Shown: positions 23,204-32,698, counted from the stretch's first letter. The stretch is 64,000 nt of DNA from an uncultured Chloroflexia bacterium (GCA_963732805.1 CAVTAW010000002.1:826801-890800), one strand, 5' to 3'. Translations and numbers: made by a program. The notes: a model not told the origin generated them from the letters alone.

Positions 23204-24325
23204 GTGCGAATCGAGGACTTCGAGCTCGAGCGGTTCTTCGCCCGCTACGAGTTCGCCGTGCGGCACCTGCTGTGCGCCTCCGATGTCGAGGGCTGGCCGA
23301 TGGCCGACCTGCTCGCGCTGGCCGATCCAGAGGCGGCCGCGCTGTGGCACGGGCTTCGACTGGGCTACACGGAGGCGCCGGGGCACCCGTTGCTGCGGGC
23401 TGAGATCGCGGGATTGTACGAGTCGATCTCGCCCGACGAGGTGCTGGTGTTCAGCGGTGCTGAGGAGGCGATCTTCGTCGCCGCGAACGTGCTGCTGAAC
23501 CCCGGCGATCACGTGATCGTCGTGTGGCCCTCGTACCAGAGCCTGCATGCAGTGGCGCGATCGGTCGGCGCGGACGTGACCCTCCACGAGCTGCACGCGG
23601 CGGACGGCTGGGCGATCGACGTCGAGGCGCTGCGGCGACAGGTGACCCCGCGGACACGCCTGATCGTCGTCAACGCGCCGCACAACCCGACCGGCAGCCT
23701 GCCCGACGCGGCAACCTTGCGTGCCGTCGGCGAGATCGCCGCCGACGCCGGCGCTCACCTGTTCTCGGACGAGGTGTACCGGTTCCTGGAGCTCGACGTC
23801 ACTGACCGGTTGCCCGCGGGCGCCGACCTGGGCCCGCACGCGCTGTCGCTGGGGGTGATGTCCAAGGCGTTCGCGCTCGCGGGACTGCGGATCGGCTGGC
23901 TGGCGAGCCACGACTCGCGCCTGCTCGACGCCGCGACCCGGTTCAAGGACTACACCACGATCTGTGCCTCGGCCCCGGCCGAGATCCTGGCCCTGATCGC
24001 GCTTCGTGAGCGGACGACCGTGCTTGCCCGGTCACGCGCCATCATCGAGCCGAACCTGGCCCTGCTCGACGGGTTCTTCGCGCGCCACGACCGCCACTTC
24101 GGCTGGGTGCGGCCGCGAGGGGGCTCGATCGCCTTCCCCGAGCTGCGGGCGTCGGTGCCGGTCGACCGGTTCGCGGCGGACCTGCTCGAGGCCGAGGGCG
24201 TCCTTCTTGCACCCGGGACGATCTTCGGCCACCCCGGCAATCACTTCCGCTTGGGCTTCGGACGCACGGACCTGGGCGCCGGGCTGGATCGCCTCGAGGC
24301 GTTCAGCGCCCGGACGCTGGGCTAG
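23204..24325 (+). CDS. PLP-dependent aminotransferase class I/II
   Basis: NAPHNPTG, SDEVY, MSKAFALAGLRIGW. Confidence 0.92.
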   Translation: MRIEDFELERFFARYEFAVRHLLCASDVEGWPMADLLALADPEAAALWHGLRLGYTEAPGHPLLRAEIAGLYESISPDEVLVFSGAEEAIFVAANVLLNPGDHVIVVWPSYQSLHAVARSVGADVTLHELHAADGWAIDVEALRRQVTPRTRLIVVNAPHNPTGSLPDAATLRAVGEIAADAGAHLFSDEVYRFLELDVTDRLPAGADLGPHALSLGVMSKAFALAGLRIGWLASHDSRLLDAATRFKDYTTICASAPAEILALIALRERTTVLARSRAIIEPNLALLDGFFARHDRHFGWVRPRGGSIAFPELRASVPVDRFAADLLEAEGVLLAPGTIFGHPGNHFRLGFGRTDLGAGLDRLEAFSARTLG

Positions 24326-24342
24326 GAGCCCGGGGGGCGGCG

Positions 24343-24642
24343 ATGGCCGAGTGGGTCTACTTCATCCACCCGCCGCGCGATGACTTCGCGGCAACGATGA
24401 CCGACGCCGAGCAGGAGGTCTGGGCCCGGCACTGGGCGCGCATCCAGCGCCTGTTCGCCGACGGCAGCATCGTCCTGATCGGGCCGACGCTGGGACGGAC
24501 CAACACCGGGATCTGCGTGTTCGAGGCTCCCGACGAGGCTGCCGCGCGAGCCTTCATGAACGATGACCCGGCGATCGCGGAAGGGATCGCCCGGGGCGAG
24601 CTGCGCCCGATGCGCGTCTCGTTGCTGCGCGGTCGCGACTGA
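24343..24642 (+). CDS. YciI-family protein
   Basis: ~100 aa with H...GP...F...DPA pattern. Confidence 0.8.
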   Translation: MAEWVYFIHPPRDDFAATMTDAEQEVWARHWARIQRLFADGSIVLIGPTLGRTNTGICVFEAPDEAAARAFMNDDPAIAEGIARGELRPMRVSLLRGRD

Positions 24643-24792
24643 CCGGGCCGTCGCGGGCGCCGGCCCGGCAGCCGGAGCCGTCCGGCCCCGCACCCGGCGA
24701 CCTCCGGCCCGCGGAACCGCGCCGTCCGGCTCTCGGGCGGCGCCCGGTTCCGGGGCATCCTCGCCGGTGCGCCCCCGAACGGGAGTCCTGCC

Positions 24793-25521
24793 ATGACCTC
24801 TCGCGCCCAGCGCCGCGCCGCGTGCACGACCGTCCGCTCCGGCACCCCGGCCGCGCTCGCCGCGATGCTGGTCGGGATGCTGGCTGCGACGCTGGCGGGC
24901 TGCTCCTCGATGCTGCCGCCGCTGAGCTCGCAGGTCGTGCCGGTGAGGGGCGAGGGGACGGTGACGACGGTTGACCGTACCGCGGGCGAGTTCCAGCACG
25001 TGAGCGTGGGCGGCGGCCTCCACGTGGTGGCGACCACCGGGGGCGGGACATCGGTGACCATCGCCGCGCAACCGAACCTGCTGCCGTTGATCGTCACCGA
25101 TGTCAAGGATGGGCAGCTGGTGGTCAACGTCGAGGCCCCCGGGTTCAGCAGCAGCGAGCCGGTGACCCTGACGGTGGTCGCTCCCGTGCTCGAGTCCCTG
25201 ACGCTCTCGGGCGGTGCCACCGGCACCCTCGACATGGTGGGTGCAACCCTGGCCGTGGACCTGTCGGGTGGCGCGGTGCTCAGCGCGACGGGTCAGGTCG
25301 ACTCGCTCGACCTGACGGCCTCCGGCGGGGCCAGGGCGAGGCTGGGCGGGCTGGTCGCGGGTGCGGCGACCATCGACGCGTCAGGTGGGGCCGACGCCGA
25401 GCTCACGATCACCGGTGCCCTGACCGGGACGGCGAGCGGCGGCGCGACCGTGCACCTCACCCAGAAGCCTGCCTCGGTCGAGGTGACGACGAGCGGCGGA
25501 GCCTCGGTGCAGGGCGGCTGA
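24793..25521 (+). CDS. DUF2807/GIN-domain lipoprotein
   Basis: LAGC lipobox; repeated L.LSGGA / ASGGA beta-helix units; QPNLLPLI. Confidence 0.82.
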   Translation: MTSRAQRRAACTTVRSGTPAALAAMLVGMLAATLAGCSSMLPPLSSQVVPVRGEGTVTTVDRTAGEFQHVSVGGGLHVVATTGGGTSVTIAAQPNLLPLIVTDVKDGQLVVNVEAPGFSSSEPVTLTVVAPVLESLTLSGGATGTLDMVGATLAVDLSGGAVLSATGQVDSLDLTASGGARARLGGLVAGAATIDASGGADAELTITGALTGTASGGATVHLTQKPASVEVTTSGGASVQGG

Positions 25522-25542
25522 CGATCCGCGGCCCCGCGGCGC

Positions 25543-26934
25543 TCAGGGTACCCTGGGGACCTCGGGCAGGCGCGCGAAGGCGTCCAGGAATTGGCCGGTG
25601 ATCCGCGTCGCCGTCACCAGGTCATCGATCCGGATGTTTTCGTCCGGGGCGTGGGCCCGGCAGTCGGCCCGACCGGCGCCCAGTGACGTGGCGGGCACCC
25701 GGTGCGCTGCGCACACCTGGTGCATCGGGACCGTGCCGGCCATCGAGATCCCGACGCTGGCCTCGAGCCCGGCGATGGCCTCGGAGACCCTGGCAGCCGT
25801 GGCCACGACCACGTGATCGGGTGGCGTCCACCAGGCCGGCTCGCCTTCCCGGACCACGATCTCGATGTCGGCATAGCCCCGTTCGTCGAGGTGGCGGCGG
25901 ATCGCCGCCACGATGTCGTCCGGCTGCTGATCGGGCACGATCCGGATGTCAAGGCGGGCGTGAGCCTCGGCCGGCGTGACGGTCTTGGGCGTGGATTCCG
26001 TGTGGCCTGCCCACAGGCCCTGCAGGTTGAGCGTCGTCTCGAACGTCGACGCCTCGAGCGCGGCGACGCCGTCGAGGCCGCCGAGAAACCCCGGAACCTC
26101 CCACTCGACCCGGATGTCCTCGAGCTCCCGGAGGTCCATCCGGGCGAGGGTCTCCCGCTGGGAGTCGGTGATGGGACGCTTGCCGACGTCGAGCCCAGCA
26201 ACCGCGGGACGCCCGTCGGCATCCCAGAACGTTGCCAGGGCGCGGACCAGCCGGTGCCCGGCATTGGGCAGCAGGACCGACAGGCTTGAGTGGGCGTCCT
26301 GGGCCATCGTGCGCAGGCGCAGCTCGAACACGACGATGCCCTTGCCGCCGCCGACGACCCCGGGTCGCCCGGCCATGTCCAGGCCGCCGCCTTCGATGAG
26401 CGCCGCGTCCGCCAGCCGGAGCGACGGCTTGAGGTCCAGCAGCGCGTCGAGGGCGTGGCTGCCCGTCTCCTCCTGGCCCTCGACCAGGAACCGAACCCGG
26501 CACGGCAACCGCCCGAGCGTCTCGAGCCATGCCTCCACCGCCCAGAGGCGCGGCAGCAGCTCCCCCTTGTTGTCGGTTGCCCCGCGGGCCCAGACGCGGC
26601 CATCGCGCACGGCAGGCTCGTACGGTGGCGTCGTCCACAGGTCGAGCGGCTCGGCCGGCTGGACGTCGTAGTGCTGCACGGCGCTCAGGGTGCGGGGCCC
26701 ATCGCCGATCTCGCCCACCACCAGCGGCGGGGCGCCCTCCACCTCGAGCACCTCGACCGTCGCACCCAGTCGACGCAGGCGCTCCGCCGTCCAGTCCGCG
26801 GCCGCCCGCAGACCCGGCGCGTCGCCGCCCTCCGACGCGATCGCGAGGAAGTCGACGAGCTCCTGGGTCCAGCCCTCGATCCGCGCCGCGACGAGGGCGT
26901 CGAAGGCCGTGAAGTCGGGGAGACCGTCGCTCAT
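25543..26934 (-). CDS. M20/M25/M40 metallo-hydrolase
   Basis: HYDVQP, RGATDNKG, GQEETGS, HAPDENI. Confidence 0.92.
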   Translation of the reverse strand: MSDGLPDFTAFDALVAARIEGWTQELVDFLAIASEGGDAPGLRAAADWTAERLRRLGATVEVLEVEGAPPLVVGEIGDGPRTLSAVQHYDVQPAEPLDLWTTPPYEPAVRDGRVWARGATDNKGELLPRLWAVEAWLETLGRLPCRVRFLVEGQEETGSHALDALLDLKPSLRLADAALIEGGGLDMAGRPGVVGGGKGIVVFELRLRTMAQDAHSSLSVLLPNAGHRLVRALATFWDADGRPAVAGLDVGKRPITDSQRETLARMDLRELEDIRVEWEVPGFLGGLDGVAALEASTFETTLNLQGLWAGHTESTPKTVTPAEAHARLDIRIVPDQQPDDIVAAIRRHLDERGYADIEIVVREGEPAWWTPPDHVVVATAARVSEAIAGLEASVGISMAGTVPMHQVCAAHRVPATSLGAGRADCRAHAPDENIRIDDLVTATRITGQFLDAFARLPEVPRVP

Positions 26935-28133
26935 GCGCGCTTGCGCTCGAGCTCCAGGAATGGCAGCTCCACCACCCGGGCAGCGACTCGTCCCCGCCGG
27001 CCCTCAACCGTCCACTCGACCTGGAGCCGGCTGCCGACCCGCTCGTGGCGAGGCGGGACGGAGGCGAGGGCGATGGCCTGCTTGAGGATCGGGCTCCAGC
27101 CGTGCGATGTAGCCTTGCCCACCTGCCGGCCGTCGGCGAAGACAGGTACCGGTGAGCGGTCCACGGTCGGCGACAGCGAGGGCGGCAGGTCCTGCTCGTC
27201 GTACAGCCGCTCGATGTCGTACCAGTCCAGCATCAGGCCGACCAGCCGCCGCGCCGGACCGCCCTGCGCCTGCTCCGCGAGGAGGGCACGGCGGCCGACG
27301 TAGTCCGCTCCCTCGACACTGACGAGCCGGCCGAGCCCAAGCTCGAACGGGCTGTAGTGCTGCTCAGGGTTCATCGCATGACGGGCCGACGTGTAGTCGA
27401 CCTCGAGCAGGATGAGGCCGGCCTCGAGGCGGGTGACGTCGAGCGCCATCATGCCGGCGGGCCGGATGGAGTAGTCGTGCCCGGCCTTGAACAGCGCGTC
27501 CCACACGCCCTCCGCGTCCGCGGCAGGGATCCACAGCTCGTAGCCCAGGTCGCCGGTATAGCCCGTCCGGCTCACGTCGATGGCGATCGATCGCCGGCCG
27601 ACCCTGATCTTCGAGGCACGGCGGCGGAAGTACCGCAGATCGCCGAAGTCCTCGCGGGTGGCGGCCTCCAGGACGGCCCGGCTGAACGGGCCCTGCAGCG
27701 CAAGTGCCGCGACGTCCTCGGTGACGTCCTCGATCGTCACGTCGAGCCCGGCTGCGTTGCGGGTCAGCCATCGGAACTGCGGGTCGGCCGCCGTCCAGCG
27801 CAGCTCCTGCTCGTCCACCCGGTGGACGGTTCCGTCGTCGATCACCTTCCCGTGCTCGTCGCACCAGGGCGTGTAGTAGACCTGCCCGACCTTGAGCTTC
27901 GTGGCGTCACGGGTGATCACGCGATCGGCGAGCCGGATCGCGTCGGGGCCCGTGATCCGGTACTTGTACAGCGGGCTGACGTCGATGACGGCGGCGGCCT
28001 CACGGATCGCGTTGTACTCGATGTCGTGGGCGTCGGCGTAGACGGAGCTCGCGAAGTAGCCGGACCACTCCCGCCACTGCATCTTGCGGTTCAGGGCCGC
28101 GGTGCGCGGGTGGAACGGGGTGCCGACGCTCAC
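26931..28133 (-). CDS. GcvT-family aminomethyltransferase/folate-binding protein
   Basis: TPFHPR, IDVSPLYK, GKVIDDG, LQGP, SRTGYTGDLGYE, RLEAG; AGGAGG RBS before GTG 28133. Confidence 0.92.
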   Translation of the reverse strand: MSVGTPFHPRTAALNRKMQWREWSGYFASSVYADAHDIEYNAIREAAAVIDVSPLYKYRITGPDAIRLADRVITRDATKLKVGQVYYTPWCDEHGKVIDDGTVHRVDEQELRWTAADPQFRWLTRNAAGLDVTIEDVTEDVAALALQGPFSRAVLEAATREDFGDLRYFRRRASKIRVGRRSIAIDVSRTGYTGDLGYELWIPAADAEGVWDALFKAGHDYSIRPAGMMALDVTRLEAGLILLEVDYTSARHAMNPEQHYSPFELGLGRLVSVEGADYVGRRALLAEQAQGGPARRLVGLMLDWYDIERLYDEQDLPPSLSPTVDRSPVPVFADGRQVGKATSHGWSPILKQAIALASVPPRHERVGSRLQVEWTVEGRRGRVAARVVELPFLELERKRA

Positions 28134-28200
28134 GAGGCTCCTCCTGGCGGGTGGTCGCCTGAGTATGCATGACGCGCGCGGGTCACCACGCTCGACCGCG

Positions 28201-28260
28201 GTGCGGCCTGCCGGGCCACGGTGCGGCCTGCCGGGCCACGGTGCGGCCTGCCGGGCCACG
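28201..28260. repeat. Perfect tandem repeat, 3 x 20 bp GTGCGGCCTGCCGGGCCACG
   Basis: Directly visible; no spacers. Confidence 0.95.
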
Positions 28261-28319
28261 AATCCGGCCCCACGGAATCCCGTGGTTCCCCTGCAGGTCT
28301 GGTTGGGGCGACGTTGTTG

Positions 28320-28467
28320 TCCCGGGCGCCACGTTCCCTGCCTTCGCGACTCCCAGTCGCCGCCAATGCCGGCTTTCGTGGTGCCTGAGACCACACTCGA
28401 AGGGTTCGACCGGATCCTTGTCCCCGCGTTCGCGGACCCGGAACGGCCGAGCACATGGCGGCCGGGA
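28320..28467 (-). ncRNA. Candidate structured RNA (~148 nt, multi-branched); 6S-like or unknown
   Basis: Long closing stem UCCCGGCCGCCAUGUGCUC / GGGAACGUGGCGCCCGGGA with G-U wobbles on the minus strand, plus four internal hairpins. Confidence 0.5.
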
Positions 28468-28481
28468 TGACGGTGAGCGGG

Positions 28482-28520
28482 CCCGCCTGACACCCGCCTG
28501 ACCCGCGCCTGACCCGCGCC
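28482..28520. promoter_or_regulatory. Three direct repeats (CGCCTGAC) with 11-bp periodicity, putative transcription-factor sites
   Basis: CCTGA starts at 28486, 28497 and 28508; TATCCT -10-like hexamer at 28538-28543. Confidence 0.5.
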
Positions 28521-28623
28521 CCGGCCACCGCCTCGACTATCCTGCATGGTGCCTGTGCAGGCTGAATGGCGACCGATCTCCGGGGAGGACGGCCCGCCGC
28601 GGAACCGGGACTGGAGGGCGGGC

Positions 28624-30246
28624 GTGCCGCAGCGCTACGACGCGGTGATCATCGGCGGAGGCCATAACGGGTTGATCTCCGCAGCCTACCTGGCGCGAGG
28701 CGGCCTCAAGACCCTGGTCCTCGAGCGCCGGCACGTGCTCGGCGGCGCCGCCGTCACCGAGGAGATCATCCCCGGGTTCCGCTTCTCGGTCGCGAGCTAC
28801 GTGGTCAGCCTGCTGCGTCCCGAGGTCATTCGCGACCTGGACCTGCCGAGATACGGGCTGGACATCCTGCCCCTCGACGGCACGTTCACGCCGCTTCGAC
28901 CGGGCGAGGGGCCGGCGTCCGGCGGCGGCAACTACCTGTGGCGAGTCAACGACCACGGGCGCACGATCCGCGAGCTCCGCCGCTGGTCCCTGAGCGACGC
29001 CGAGGCCTACGAGGAGTATGGCCAGCTCATGGTGGAGATGGCGCGGTTCATCAAGCCGATCCTGGGGATCGTGCCCGGCGATCCGACGGGCAACGACCCG
29101 CGGCCGCTGATGCCCGTCGCCGCCCTGGCCCGGCGATTCGCCCAGCTGCCGGAGCGCCAGCAGGCCGTCTTCGTCCAGCTGATGACGATGTCAGCCGCCG
29201 ACTTCCTCGAGCAATGGTTCGAGACGGATCCGCTCAAGGCGACGATGTCCGCATCCGGGATCATCGGCACCTACCAGGGCATTCGCTCGCCGGGCACGGC
29301 CTACGTGCTGCTCCACCACTACATGGGCGAGATCGACGGCGCGTTTCGCGCGTGGGGGATCCCGAAGGGCGGCACCGGCGGCGTGTCCTACTCGATCGCT
29401 CGAGCCGCGCAGGCCCTGGGCGCCGAGATCCGCACGGAGGCGCCCGTCGCCCGGATCGTGGTCAAGGGCGGGCGCGCCACCGGGGTCGCGCTCGAGAGCG
29501 GTGAGGAGATCGACGCGTCGGTCATCCTCTCGTCCGCGGACGCCAAGGTCACCTTCCTCGACCTGCTCGAGCCGGGTTCGCTGGACCCGGAGTTCGAGCA
29601 GGAGGTGCGCCGGTTCAAGTTCCGTGGCAGCTCGGGCAAGGTGAACCTCGCCGTGGACCGGTTGCCGGACTTCAGCTGCCTGCCGGGCGAGGGCGAGCAC
29701 CTCCGCGGGGCGATCAGCTTCAGCCCCTCGATGGTGGACATGGAGCGGGCCTACGACGATGCGAAGTACGGCCATTGGAGCAGCAAGCCGTACATCGACA
29801 TGATCATCCCCACCCTCGTCGATCCCCAGATGGCGCCGCCGGGCAAGCACGTCATCAGCTGCTTCGTCCAGTACGCGCCCTACAGGCTGGCGCCGGACCT
29901 CGGCTCCTGGGACGACCATCGCGAGGCGTTCGGCGACGCGGTGATCGACCGCATCGCGGAGTTCGCGCCCAACATCCGGGACATCATCGTGGGCCGCCAG
30001 GTGCTCACCCCGCTCGACATCGAGCGGACGATGGGGCTCACCGAGGGCAATATCTTCCAGGGCGAGCTGAGCCTGGAGCAGCTGTTCTTCAACCGGCCCG
30101 TTCCCGGGTATGCGCGCTTCCGGACGCCGGTTCGCGACCTCTGGCTGGCCGGCTCCTCGACCCACCCCGGCGGCGGGCTGATGGGCGCCAACGGGCGCCT
30201 GGCGGCCCTCGAGGTCCTGCGGGCCCGTGGCCGGAAGGTCGCCTGA
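28624..30246 (+). CDS. FAD-dependent oxidoreductase, phytoene desaturase/PYROXD2-like (copy 1)
   Basis: IIGGGHNGL..AAYLA, ERRHVLGGAA, TPLDIE, GNIFQG, STHPGGG; GGAGG RBS. Confidence 0.92.
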   Translation: MPQRYDAVIIGGGHNGLISAAYLARGGLKTLVLERRHVLGGAAVTEEIIPGFRFSVASYVVSLLRPEVIRDLDLPRYGLDILPLDGTFTPLRPGEGPASGGGNYLWRVNDHGRTIRELRRWSLSDAEAYEEYGQLMVEMARFIKPILGIVPGDPTGNDPRPLMPVAALARRFAQLPERQQAVFVQLMTMSAADFLEQWFETDPLKATMSASGIIGTYQGIRSPGTAYVLLHHYMGEIDGAFRAWGIPKGGTGGVSYSIARAAQALGAEIRTEAPVARIVVKGGRATGVALESGEEIDASVILSSADAKVTFLDLLEPGSLDPEFEQEVRRFKFRGSSGKVNLAVDRLPDFSCLPGEGEHLRGAISFSPSMVDMERAYDDAKYGHWSSKPYIDMIIPTLVDPQMAPPGKHVISCFVQYAPYRLAPDLGSWDDHREAFGDAVIDRIAEFAPNIRDIIVGRQVLTPLDIERTMGLTEGNIFQGELSLEQLFFNRPVPGYARFRTPVRDLWLAGSSTHPGGGLMGANGRLAALEVLRARGRKVA

Positions 30247-30248
30247 CG

Positions 30249-31868
30249 ATGACGGCCCTCACCACGAACCCGTACGACGCCGTCATCGTCGGTGCCGGTC
30301 ACAACGGCCTCACCGCGGCGGCGTACCTCGCACGCGCCGGCCTCCGGGTGCTGGTCCTCGAGGCCCGTCCCACGGTCGGCGGCGCCACGGTTACCGAGGA
30401 GCTGGCCCCCGGCGTCCGGGTGCCCGCGCTCGCCCACACGGTCGGGCGGCTTCGACCTGCCGTCGTGCGGGAGCTCGAGCTCACCCGCCACGGGCTGGCG
30501 ATGGTGGCCCCGGAGGTCCGGGTGTTCGCGCCGCAGCCGGACGGGCGTGCCGTGACACTGTGGGTGGACGCGGCCGCCAGCGTCGACGCGCTGCGGACAT
30601 GGTCCGAGGACGATGCGACGGCGTTCGTCGAGTTCGACCGCCGCGTGCGGACGCTCGCCCGGTTCCTGGCCGACCTGGGCGATGAGGCGCCGCCGGACAT
30701 CAAGGGACCGGGCTTCGGAGATGCGCTCCTCGGCCTGCGCCTCGGGCGTGCCTTCCGGCGCCTCGGCCGGTTGGATGGCCGGACCATCCTGCGGGTGCTC
30801 GCCATGGCCGTGGCGGACTTCGTCGCCGAGTCGTTCGAGGAGGAGGCGATCCGGGCAACGCTCGCGTGGCGCGGCGTGCGCTACACGGCGATGGGGCCCT
30901 GGTCGGCCGGAACGACGCAGGTCCTGCTCGCGGATGCCGCCGGCAACGACGCGGGTGCCGCGGGCGAGACCGTGTTCGCCAGGGGAGGCCCGTCCGCGCT
31001 GTCAGATGCCCTCGCGGCCGCCGCGACCGAGGCGGGTGCCGAGATCCGGACCGGGGCGACCGTCGGTGCCGTCACCAGCCGGGATGGCGCGGTCACGGGC
31101 GTTGCGCTCGAGTCGGGCGAGGAGATCGCGGCACGCGCCGTGGTGTCGGGCGTGGACCCGAGGCGCCTGCTCACGACGCTGGTGGATCCCGTGACCCTGG
31201 GGCCCGAGCTCCGCAGGCGCGCCGGCAACATCCGGACGCCGGGAACCGTGGCCAAGGTCAACCTCGTGCTCGACGGCTTGCCCGAGTTCCCGGCGGCCAG
31301 GGGCGACGCCCGGCTGCTGCGCGGCCGGATCCAGGTCGGCACCACCGCGATCGATGACGTGGAACGGGCCTTCGACCCGTCCAAGTACGGACGCCTGCCC
31401 GAGTCGCCGGTCCTCGAGGCCACGATCCCGTCGCTGGTCGATCCGTCGCTCGTCGCGGACGCGACCGAGGGAACCCACGTGATGAGCGTGCTGGCCCAGT
31501 GGATGCCGGCGACCTGGTCCCCTGACGAGTGGGCGAGCCAACGCGACGCGGTCGGAGACCTGGCGATCCGGGCGCTCGAGTCGGTGGCCCCCGGGATCGG
31601 CGACCGGGTCACCGCTCGCCAGGTGCTGACCCCGGCCGATCTTGAATCCGGATACGGCCTCACCGGCGGCCATCCGCTCCACGCGGAGCCGGCCCTGGAC
31701 TCGTTCTTCCTGTGGCGACCGCTGCTGGGCTGGTCGCGCTACCGGATGCCGGTCGAGGGCCTGTACCTCGCCGGGTCCGGGGCCCACCCGGGCGGCGGCG
31801 TGACCGGCGCACCGGGCCGGAACGCAGCGCGCGAGGTGCTCGCCGACCGGAAGCGCCGCGCCCGCTAG
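30249..31868 (+). CDS. FAD-dependent oxidoreductase, phytoene desaturase/PYROXD2-like (copy 2, more divergent)
   Basis: IVGAGHNGL, TPADLE, GAHPGGGVTGAPG. Confidence 0.9.
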   Translation: MTALTTNPYDAVIVGAGHNGLTAAAYLARAGLRVLVLEARPTVGGATVTEELAPGVRVPALAHTVGRLRPAVVRELELTRHGLAMVAPEVRVFAPQPDGRAVTLWVDAAASVDALRTWSEDDATAFVEFDRRVRTLARFLADLGDEAPPDIKGPGFGDALLGLRLGRAFRRLGRLDGRTILRVLAMAVADFVAESFEEEAIRATLAWRGVRYTAMGPWSAGTTQVLLADAAGNDAGAAGETVFARGGPSALSDALAAAATEAGAEIRTGATVGAVTSRDGAVTGVALESGEEIAARAVVSGVDPRRLLTTLVDPVTLGPELRRRAGNIRTPGTVAKVNLVLDGLPEFPAARGDARLLRGRIQVGTTAIDDVERAFDPSKYGRLPESPVLEATIPSLVDPSLVADATEGTHVMSVLAQWMPATWSPDEWASQRDAVGDLAIRALESVAPGIGDRVTARQVLTPADLESGYGLTGGHPLHAEPALDSFFLWRPLLGWSRYRMPVEGLYLAGSGAHPGGGVTGAPGRNAAREVLADRKRRAR

Positions 31869-31902
31869 CCCTTCGGTCGGTCCGCGCCCGCTAGCCCTTC
31901 GG
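31856..31902. repeat. 21-bp direct repeat CCGCGCCCGCTAGCCCTTCGG, 2 copies, duplicating the stop-codon region
   Basis: Copies at 31856-31876 and 31882-31902. Confidence 0.85.
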
Positions 31903-32001
31903 ACGGCCCGCGTCCCGTGGCCCGGGCCCTGGAGCCGGTGGTCGTGCAAGCAGGACGAGGCCTGACGACCTCGGGCGGCTGCCGGTCCCGCCGGGCGACG
32001 C

Positions 32002-32601
32002 TCAGGCGATCATCCCGGCGGGCCGGAGCGCGACGAGGCGGAGGCGGGCCGCGGCGGCCTCGAACAGCCCGGCCAGTCGCATCGCCAGGAGCGCGGCCGG
32101 GTGGCCCCGCGCCGCGTCGACCGGATCGTGGCGCTCGCCGCGCCCTCGCCAGGCGAGGAACCGGGTGGGTTCGATCCGGATCACCTGCGTGTACGTGCGC
32201 CGGAACGAGACCTCGTCGAGCCGGGCGGCGGCCAGGTCGGACGCGTACTTCGCGAAGAACGCGTCGGGAACCCTCACGGGCTGGTCCGGCAGCGCCGCGG
32301 CCGCCTCGATCAGCCCGACCGCGAAGTCATCGCCGGGGTCCCCGAGCGCGACCATCACGTTCGGGTTCGCACGCACGTTGCGCACCTTGAGCGCACCCGG
32401 CTTCGACCACAGCGTCAGCGCCTGCCCGTCCCACCAGAACCACGTCGGCACGAGGTGGGGCGTCCCGTCGTCCCGAACGGTGGACAGCCAGACCACCTTC
32501 TCGGCCGCCAGGAGCGAGGACGTGCGGCGCGCGGTGACGCCCGGATCCGGGTCGTAACCGGGGCGGCGCGGTGCGGCGGCGGTCGGGGTCGCGGCGGTCA
32601 T
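32002..32601 (-). CDS. Pyridoxamine 5'-phosphate oxidase-like (PPOX class, possibly F420-dependent) protein
   Basis: VWLSTVRDDGTPHLVPTWFWWDG...KVRNVRANPNV. Confidence 0.85.
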   Translation of the reverse strand: MTAATPTAAAPRRPGYDPDPGVTARRTSSLLAAEKVVWLSTVRDDGTPHLVPTWFWWDGQALTLWSKPGALKVRNVRANPNVMVALGDPGDDFAVGLIEAAAALPDQPVRVPDAFFAKYASDLAAARLDEVSFRRTYTQVIRIEPTRFLAWRGRGERHDPVDAARGHPAALLAMRLAGLFEAAAARLRLVALRPAGMIA

Positions 32602-32698
32602 GCCCACAGCGTCGCGTGGGCGGCGTGAAGCGCCAGTGCGCGAGGGTCGCGTCCCGATACCGACATTCGACGATGGACGGACCGGGCGGTCCAGCTCG

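Noticed and set aside
28201-28260. Possible CRISPR array
   Set aside because: The units are contiguous with no spacers, and there are no cas genes.
28255-28300. c-di-AMP (ydaO) riboswitch-like GGGGAACC...UGGGG on the minus strand
   Set aside because: The downstream CCCGAACCCGUCAGCUAAC element is absent.
28370-28410. Glycine riboswitch or hammerhead ribozyme within the structured region
   Set aside because: CUCAGG is present but the GGAGA and CCGAAG elements are not in the right order; the hammerhead CUGANGA core is missing.
28624-31868. Carotenoid biosynthesis (crtI) assignment
   Set aside because: No crtB or crtE neighbours; the GHNGL-type motifs and GcvT context fit the PYROXD2-like group better.
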